Shown in pieces: positions 57,505 to 64,000 of a stretch of 64,000 nucleotides of DNA. The position numbers and the translations under genes were made by a program. A model generated the notes under the pieces. The model was given only the letters and a program-made list of their open reading frames with translations, was not told where the DNA came from and made no database searches. Every line of letters starts with the position of its first letter. Within the stretch, counting starts at the first letter, position 1. This DNA comes from Candidatus Thorarchaeota archaeon (GTDB lineage: Archaea; Asgardarchaeota; Thorarchaeia; Thorarchaeales; Thorarchaeaceae): assembly GCA_019057475.1 (NCBI GenBank), contig DXJO01000046.1, positions 1 through 64,000 on the forward strand, written 5' to 3'.

Positions 57505-57582
57505 TGGCGGGACCGCCCGGATTCGAACCGGGGATGACCAACTCCGGAGGCTGGTGCCTTATCCATGCTAGACTACGGCCCC
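57505..57582 (-). tRNA. tRNA-Arg(CCG), CCA encoded
   Basis: Same body as 57027-57104; anticodon arm CCAGC-CTCCGGA-GTTGG. Confidence 0.97.
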
Positions 57583-57665
57583 AAGCCCCACAGACGCACT
57601 CTCTTTAAATCGTTTGCTCAGAAAACCTCAGCTGGCAATTAAAGACGAGTTCAAATAAAGAGCCG

Positions 57666-58181
57666 CTATACTAATTGCTTCTTGTTTACTAACCACCAGG
57701 CGCCACGCTTACCCTTGACAATGCCCTTCCTATGCGTCACTATCTCTACACCCAAGATGGTTTTCGCTCTCTCGTTGATCTTGTCCAAGCGATCGAGTAT
57801 CGTTCGGCGTTTTCCTTGACTCCCTATCAGAGCCAGTGCGAGTTCAGGTGTTGTAGCACCTTCATGTTGTAGGAAGTATGCGAGAAGCTTACGATCAAGG
57901 TCATCCCGGCAGACTTTCGTCTTTGTCAGATCATTCAACTCGTCAAGGTATACGCTGGTCGACTGCTCCGTTTCAAGATGGCTCACCCTTGTTCTCAATT
58001 GATTGATCTCTTCGGCAAGTTCCATCACCATCGGAGGCAATTTCTCATCAAGCCTCCACAGAATTGCGGCCTTAATGAACCGTTGGCGGCCATTGGCCCC
58101 AGCAAGCCGATCTATTCGGTCTAGTGTTTTCTGATCCAATCGGATACGGATGCTGACTGATGCATTGCTTTTCTTAGTCAT
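57666..58181 (-). CDS. Ribbon-helix-helix + coiled coil + winged-helix protein
   Basis: ISIRIRLD..TL.RID.LA....R..FI..AI-like RHH; DRKLL.YF...GATT.EL wHTH. Confidence 0.7.
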   Translation of the reverse strand: MTKKSNASVSIRIRLDQKTLDRIDRLAGANGRQRFIKAAILWRLDEKLPPMVMELAEEINQLRTRVSHLETEQSTSVYLDELNDLTKTKVCRDDLDRKLLAYFLQHEGATTPELALALIGSQGKRRTILDRLDKINERAKTILGVEIVTHRKGIVKGKRGAWWLVNKKQLV

Positions 58182-58337
58182 TGCCCGACACCGCACGTGT
58201 CTGTGCATTGATAGACACAACAATTGATGCACTTGACCAAGAGAAAAAGGCTTGCCCTAGGTCAAGCGGTTAAGCGCCCGACACAGTTATAACATCAACA
58301 TCGAGGGACTCGCAAAGAATACCCTTCGGTGTGGAGA

Positions 58338-58703
58338 ATGGTAAACAAGACGAAGGCTCTAGAGCGTGAGAGAACGCGACTGATTAAGTTACAGAACTCT
58401 GGACAAGTGGACCTCAGACGAATGAGAAGACTCCGCAGAGTTAGAACCAAGTTCTGGACCTCCAAGAAGAGGGCTGCTGTTCTGGGCGAGAAGGTTCCGA
58501 GTGAGGAGCCAAAGGTGGAGAAGAAAGAGCCTGAGCTTGAGGTCATCGAGTTGAAGCCTGAGGTCGGGGAAGTAGATGAACTCGATGAGTTGTACACTTA
58601 TGATGAGGAGATTGAAGAGGAGTCTACTGAAACCAAGGAGAAGCTTGAGGTCGAGGAAGTAGATGAGGTGCCTTTCGAAACCGATGAGAACCCCGAAACC
58701 TAA
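58338..58703 (+). CDS. Hypothetical protein, basic N-half and acidic C-half
   Basis: R/K-rich first 45 aa, E/D-rich tail. Confidence 0.65.
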   Translation: MVNKTKALERERTRLIKLQNSGQVDLRRMRRLRRVRTKFWTSKKRAAVLGEKVPSEEPKVEKKEPELEVIELKPEVGEVDELDELYTYDEEIEEESTETKEKLEVEEVDEVPFETDENPET

Positions 58704-58819
58704 AGTCAGCGATTTTATTGAAGAGAGGCTTCACGAATAGTATTGGTGGGCAGTTCTGAAACATCTGAAGAGAATAGCTTATCTATGGCATTGTGTTCAT
58801 CGGAGATTGTTGGTCTCCC

Positions 58820-61243
58820 ATGAAACCGTGGAAAATATCTATTCTGCTGCTTTTTCTTCTAGCCTCAGTGTCACTATGGCCAGCGCTGTCGAGTGGCCCT
58901 GCGAACGTATTGATCGAAGCAAGTGTGCCCCAGAGGACCGCTCTGGCATTTACGTCTGCTAACATCCTCGTCGACGAGCACCATACCAGAAACGCCTCCG
59001 ATATGTGGACTCCTGGCAACGCATCGACGTTTGGCTGGCTTTTAATGGAGCATGGCTACAATGTGTCAAACAACTGGGATGCACCGCTGGACTCAGGGAT
59101 TCTGGATGATTACGATGTGCTCTGCCTGTTTTTCCCAATGATACCATTGACGAGTGGGGAAGTGGCTGCAGTACATAACTTCGTGAATGCAGGCGGAGGA
59201 CTTCTCATGGTGGGTGTGGACTACACCAACATTGGATGGGAGTACACTGCCGCCAACCTCAATCCGATTTCGGAAACCTACGGAATCACATTCCATGAGG
59301 ATAGATGGCTGGGCAAAGTCCTAGAGAGCGAAGGTCAGTTCGTAGACCATCATCTGACGTATGATATCAGCTCATTCAACTCTGACTGTGACCAGCTAAA
59401 GGGTTGTACTATCACAGTGAGTAGCCCAGCAACGTTACTTGCGACCAACCATAAGGATGAGGAAGTACTTGCCATTGCTGAACCAGGGAGCGGAAGAGTT
59501 GTGGCGGTAGGTTCGGCGGCGCCTTTCATTATCTATCGGCATGGGGCGAGTTGGCAAGTTGAACCAGATGACCACTTCCAATTCTCCCTCAATGTTATAG
59601 ACTGGTTGACTGGGAATGGAGAAAGAAAGGTAGATCCGCCCGAGAAGGCGATAATTAGGGTCGGTTCTGGACCATCACTCAATAGCTCGGAGATAGAAGA
59701 GTATGACGTCTTCAACGGCGTCTATCATGACCACACAACCCGCAGTGATGGACAGGATACACCGTTGAATATGATGATTAGGAGCCTTGATGTCGCTCTC
59801 GATTTCTGGGTAGTTGCAGACCATTCCTACGATCGTGATGGCCCGAATGGTATAAACGGGGGGCTAGAGGTCAAGGAATGGGCTGACTTGTACGATGCTG
59901 ACGTTTCGATTTTTGTTGGAGCTGAGTTGTCCAGCGTACCACACACAGTCGGATTTCCGCTCAGTGCACAAGTCATTACGAGCGACATACAGGAGGCAGT
60001 TGACGGAATCCATAGCCAAGGCGCAATGGCAGTCTTTGCGCATCCCACTATAGGTGCAGCATATGCTCCGGTCTGGGAGGCTTTCGACGACTATGGGTAT
60101 GATGCATTTGAGGTGGATTGTAGAAGCTTCTTCCATGGATTGGGTGAGTCGTGCTACTTCAGACCGTTTATGGCGTCAAACGACGGTCACTCTGTGCCAA
60201 ACCACGGCCTTGTCAGAAATGTGATGTTCGTAGAGAACCCTTCAGGGCCAGATGGAACCCTCTCAGCCTACGACATAATCGATGCAGTCATGGACATGAG
60301 GATTGTCATCCTTGACAAGGTGAACGGACTCGTTTTCGGACAAGGAGTCTGGGTTGATCGTTACCTCCAACTCTGGGATGAAGCTGAGATTGCCATCGAG
60401 AATGCACGAACTCAGATTGAACTATTGGAGGGTGAGGGAACCAATGTTGGCTTATCAAGGCTATATCTGAGCGATGCGGAGAACTCTCTTGCATGGTGGA
60501 ATCCATCTCGCGCATTGAGGGCTGTTGCAGATGCGGTTTCGGAGTCAGTGTTAGGATTAGATCTAGCTCTGGCAGCTCCCAGTCTAGGTTTGGTGGACCC
60601 CAATAGCAATGTCAACGTGACCATAAACCTAACAAATAGGCTTGATGTAGATGTTCAGTTTAGCGCCACTCCATTTGGCTACACATCACTGATCTTCGAT
60701 GAGTTTTCAACACAGGTTCAAGCCGGTCCGGAGTCTACTTCGGCTACTCCGATAACCGCAACAACGACAAACTTTGGTTATACGAAAGTAATCTTCAATT
60801 TGAAGGATTTCAATACGCCTATGGAACCCCATCCCGTATTACTCACTGTGGGCGGCCTTGTTTCGAATGTGACCGTAGATATTGAAGACGAAGATGAGGG
60901 CTACTTCATTCGCATCCGCATTCTAAGAAACAACCTAGATGCACGCATGATTAGCTCTGCGATTATCCAGTATGACAACGGCACTGGAGAAGACACGATT
61001 CCCCTTGAGAACTATGGGGATAGTTACGGCATGCTATTCGGCCCATTCACAACGAATGCGATAACGATAACATACATGATCAATGTGACGGACATCCTTG
61101 GAAATGTTTTCAGTATCGAAGGCGTCATCAACGAAGGTGCTCCTGTGCCTCCGACTGTCGACATTTGGCCGTCAATCTTGATTGGAGGCGGACTGATTGC
61201 GGTACTCGTTGTTGCATTGGTCATTGCAAAGAGGAGGAAGTGA
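58820..61243 (+). CDS. Secreted, C-terminally anchored GIFT + PHP-type metallohydrolase
   Basis: Signal peptide; ILVDEHH, FV..GGGLL (GIFT); HDHT..SDG, ADH, GAE, AHP, SNDGH (PHP); C-terminal TM + KRRK. Confidence 0.8.
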   Translation: MKPWKISILLLFLLASVSLWPALSSGPANVLIEASVPQRTALAFTSANILVDEHHTRNASDMWTPGNASTFGWLLMEHGYNVSNNWDAPLDSGILDDYDVLCLFFPMIPLTSGEVAAVHNFVNAGGGLLMVGVDYTNIGWEYTAANLNPISETYGITFHEDRWLGKVLESEGQFVDHHLTYDISSFNSDCDQLKGCTITVSSPATLLATNHKDEEVLAIAEPGSGRVVAVGSAAPFIIYRHGASWQVEPDDHFQFSLNVIDWLTGNGERKVDPPEKAIIRVGSGPSLNSSEIEEYDVFNGVYHDHTTRSDGQDTPLNMMIRSLDVALDFWVVADHSYDRDGPNGINGGLEVKEWADLYDADVSIFVGAELSSVPHTVGFPLSAQVITSDIQEAVDGIHSQGAMAVFAHPTIGAAYAPVWEAFDDYGYDAFEVDCRSFFHGLGESCYFRPFMASNDGHSVPNHGLVRNVMFVENPSGPDGTLSAYDIIDAVMDMRIVILDKVNGLVFGQGVWVDRYLQLWDEAEIAIENARTQIELLEGEGTNVGLSRLYLSDAENSLAWWNPSRALRAVADAVSESVLGLDLALAAPSLGLVDPNSNVNVTINLTNRLDVDVQFSATPFGYTSLIFDEFSTQVQAGPESTSATPITATTTNFGYTKVIFNLKDFNTPMEPHPVLLTVGGLVSNVTVDIEDEDEGYFIRIRILRNNLDARMISSAIIQYDNGTGEDTIPLENYGDSYGMLFGPFTTNAITITYMINVTDILGNVFSIEGVINEGAPVPPTVDIWPSILIGGGLIAVLVVALVIAKRRK

Positions 61244-62301
61244 ACACGGAGGACAGTGAAACCATCGAGATTCAGATTGATTTGCCCAAGCAATCCCCCG
61301 CAAGGCGGCTCTATGAGGTCAGATTCCTTATTCTGACTCTGCTGCTTCTAGGCCTGATTCTCTGGTTTCACGTCAATATCCCTACTTTCAATCTCTCACT
61401 CTTCACCAGGGTGTTTGCCGGTATTTTCTTCGGTTCATTGATCTACCTTCTGCTTGGTATTGTCATAGGCAGCATAGTGAAGGTATACGTACCACTCGAC
61501 TCTGTGATGCTAAGAATCGCAAAGCATGAACGTGCTGGAGTAGTACTGGGGTCTCTCATGGGGGTGTTTATCCCAGTGTGCACTTGTGGCCTTCTACCCA
61601 TCTTCTCTACGCTTGTTGAACAAAAAATGCCTAAACGTGCAGCATATGCATTTCTGTTCTCTGCACCAGCAGCAAACCCAATAGTCTTTGTTGTAACGGC
61701 GTCCGTATTCGGACTACAGTTGGCCATTATTCGTACGGTGTCAATGATAGTGTTGGGAATCATTGGAGGTGTACTTCTTGACATTCTACACGATGGACCG
61801 ATACTCTCTGAGAGAGTCGGACCCGAAAAAACAATTATTGGCGGTCGAGCATTCGGACAATCAGAGGATGTAGAACAGATTGTTTCAAACCCGCTTCAAG
61901 TGCTTTGGGACATTGGTGAAGAAACCTTGGAGGTTGGCAAGTACTACGTGTTCGCAGTCACCATCTTGACTTTTCTTGTTGCAGTTCTTGATCAAGCCCT
62001 ATTCTTTGATTTCTTCGCGGGCAGCCTGATCTCCGTACCAGTCGGGGCGCTCATGGGTGTTCTGTTCTGTCTCTGTCCAACGGCAGACCCACCCATTGGC
62101 AAGACATTTCAAGATCTTGGATTGAGCACGGGAGGCCTAGTATCGTTCTTTCTCGCAGGTCCGTTGCTGGGAATGGCTTACGTGGGTATGATGTTTGGAT
62201 ACCTGAACAAGAAGCTGATTTTTGCCTATCTCTTTCTTTCCGCAATACTAATCTTGGCAATCGGCTATTTCGTGAATGGTCTTGCAGGGGTGTTACTGTG
62301 A
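61240..62301 (+). CDS. DUF318/ArsP-type permease
   Basis: PVCTCG.LP, FL.SAP..NP, CLC.TAD, F..AGP. Confidence 0.88.
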   Translation: MNTEDSETIEIQIDLPKQSPARRLYEVRFLILTLLLLGLILWFHVNIPTFNLSLFTRVFAGIFFGSLIYLLLGIVIGSIVKVYVPLDSVMLRIAKHERAGVVLGSLMGVFIPVCTCGLLPIFSTLVEQKMPKRAAYAFLFSAPAANPIVFVVTASVFGLQLAIIRTVSMIVLGIIGGVLLDILHDGPILSERVGPEKTIIGGRAFGQSEDVEQIVSNPLQVLWDIGEETLEVGKYYVFAVTILTFLVAVLDQALFFDFFAGSLISVPVGALMGVLFCLCPTADPPIGKTFQDLGLSTGGLVSFFLAGPLLGMAYVGMMFGYLNKKLIFAYLFLSAILILAIGYFVNGLAGVLL

Positions 62302-62987
62302 AGCCTGTTGGAACGAGAGCCAATCACGGTTGGTTACTGATTGCCCTAGGTGTTACTATCCTTGTATTTCGGATTCAGTTCGACACTCTGATGTCGCTAA
62401 TCAACGGACCAATCCTCTTACTTGCTGGGATAGCTGTAGTGGTGGGGCAATATCGTGATCCAGAAGCAAGAACGTGCCAAGTATGTGCGGCAACTTCAAG
62501 CGAAAGCAAGATGGGGTTCAAGATGTCTGCAATTCCCCTCATTCTACCCATAATACTACTTATCATCACGCCAATGATTGTGGTTGATGCTACACATAGT
62601 GACGACTGGATAAACGATGTTGTAGGAGAGAAATATTTCGACGAGATTCCAGAGAACAGAACAGCGACGAACCTCTTCGAGCTCACCAATTTCGGTGAGA
62701 AGTACAATGGTCTATTTGTTGAAGTTAATGGCAGTATCCTTCAAAGACGAACCGATGGATTCCAGATGCACCAGTACGTCCCACTGTGTACATGTTGTCC
62801 TCCGGTCGAGGTGACAATGTGGGTCTACTTCTCCGTTGACCCCAATCCAGACGATCTTTTCATTGTTGAAGAGGCTGAGCTTGGAAAGACCGATCTCTAT
62901 CTTGTGATAGGTCAGTTCTACTTCAATGCGGAACAGAACTTCGCGTCCCTACTACTAATACATATGGAGCCTCTAGAGGAATCCTGA
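62298..62987 (+). CDS. DUF1980/TIGR03943-like membrane protein
   Basis: 3 N-terminal TM helices, KY.G..V...G, TCC; coupled to the permease. Confidence 0.65.
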   Translation: MKPVGTRANHGWLLIALGVTILVFRIQFDTLMSLINGPILLLAGIAVVVGQYRDPEARTCQVCAATSSESKMGFKMSAIPLILPIILLIITPMIVVDATHSDDWINDVVGEKYFDEIPENRTATNLFELTNFGEKYNGLFVEVNGSILQRRTDGFQMHQYVPLCTCCPPVEVTMWVYFSVDPNPDDLFIVEEAELGKTDLYLVIGQFYFNAEQNFASLLLIHMEPLEES

Positions 62988-63069
62988 TTATCCACGGAAA
63001 AGGATATGACGGCCAAGGCGAAGAGTTCTTCAGCAAGAGGTTTCCCTCAATCGCAGTTTGGTGTTGAGC

Positions 63070-63900
63070 ATGACTACTCTTCGGGACATTGTGAAGTACC
63101 TCAAGGATATCGCGCCACAGGAGTCTACCTTCCAGGGCCGTGAGAGTCGGGTTGAGGTTGGACCTCAGACTGAGAGAAACCAAGCAAAGACCACCATAAA
63201 CAGAGTCACCATAGCCACATACGCTTCGGCAAAGATTGTTGCGACGGCATCGCAAAGCAAGGCGAATCTGCTTGTCACACACAGGCCTCTGTTTCCTTTA
63301 GCAGTAGATCGTCTCACAGGCTTAGACCTCATCCGGGCCAGACTCTTAGCCAAGAATTACATCTCAGCTTATGTGATTGGGAGCGCGTGGATTGGTGTAG
63401 AGGGTGGTCTTAGTGACAGCCTTGTGGAATCCCTCGACCTAAGCAATGTACGTGAGTTCATGACCTATGGGGACTGTGATCAGATGGTCCCGATTGGAAG
63501 AGAATGTGATCCGCCTAGTGCGATGAACCACTCTCGTCTAGTTAACTACGTGGCAGAGAAACTGAACATTGACACAGTCCTGTTTGCGGGAGCCTTGGAC
63601 GATGATGTCGGGAGGATACTTGTGAGCCCAGGCTTTTACATTGACATGCCTGAAATCCTCAGTGCCAAACAGCAAGACATTGGAACTATTGTCACAGGCG
63701 AACTATCACCGGAGATTAGGTTGCTTGCAAATGAGGAGAACCTAAACACAATCGAGCTAGGCGCATTCGTGTCAGAAGAGCCTGGAATGAAGCGATTAAG
63801 ACATCAGCTAAGTCTGGAGATGCCAGAGTTGAACATAGAGTTTGTGGAGTCCGCACCACTTGCCAAGGCGCTTAGACCATACAGCGAAGACATGAAGTAA
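63070..63900 (+). CDS. Nif3-like protein with degenerate metal ligands
   Basis: IV..L..IAP, LLVTH.PLF, IGR, VTGE, SE..GM..L. Confidence 0.8.
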   Translation: MTTLRDIVKYLKDIAPQESTFQGRESRVEVGPQTERNQAKTTINRVTIATYASAKIVATASQSKANLLVTHRPLFPLAVDRLTGLDLIRARLLAKNYISAYVIGSAWIGVEGGLSDSLVESLDLSNVREFMTYGDCDQMVPIGRECDPPSAMNHSRLVNYVAEKLNIDTVLFAGALDDDVGRILVSPGFYIDMPEILSAKQQDIGTIVTGELSPEIRLLANEENLNTIELGAFVSEEPGMKRLRHQLSLEMPELNIEFVESAPLAKALRPYSEDMK

Positions 63901-64000
63901 TACTCTAGAGACGTCGTATCATCACGACATTCTTGTTTCGCGGACACCCCACGTGTTTCGCAACCGGATTGCACTTCGTTCTCATTATGTGAACTACTGG

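Noticed and set aside
57027-57582. tRNA pair as attL/attR of an integrated element
   Set aside because: Both are complete tRNAs with different anticodons and their own TATA-like boxes; no integrase
1-64000. Numerous overlapping antisense or alternate-frame ORFs in the track (e.g. 2707-3441, 4261-4809, 22387-23007, 40585-41136, 46618-47214)
   Set aside because: Shadows of well-supported genes, with no motifs of their own
1-64000. CRISPR array, rRNA, tRNA introns
   Set aside because: No regularly spaced repeats or rRNA-like tract seen; all three tRNAs fold without introns

Overview
Gene-dense archaeal chromosome segment, most likely an Asgard archaeon of Thorarchaeia type. This rests on eukaryote-like ESCRT genes together with TFB, PolB1, DGGGP synthase, ArcS/RaSEA and nurA-herA-mre11-rad50. 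It holds about 60 protein genes and three intronless tRNAs with encoded CCA (His-GTG, Arg-GCG, Arg-CCG); I saw no rRNA or CRISPR array. The most striking locus is a five-gene ESCRT cluster (19.0-24.1 kb) with no ubiquitin genes nearby. Besides ESCRT-III, Vps4 and Vps25 it encodes two apparent chimeras: a Zn-finger/coiled-coil/PH(GLUE-like)/steadiness-box protein, and a Vps28-N-like domain fused to Vps22/EAP30 winged helices. Together they suggest a hard-wired ESCRT-I/II complex. Other trafficking-like genes are a cytoplasmic IFT52-like GIFT protein, a mu-homology/DUF11-like protein, a longin protein and a Yip1 protein. Non-coding signals: the window opens on what looks like the right end/omegaRNA region of a TnpB-carrying IS607-type element that truncates a host gene; a DUF3795 gene sits inside two nested direct repeats, one a decayed copy of the aspS 5' end; and tfb has a palindrome plus a multi-hairpin leader. 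Several enzyme homologues have lost their metal ligands. All family calls are motif recognition by eye; no searches were run.
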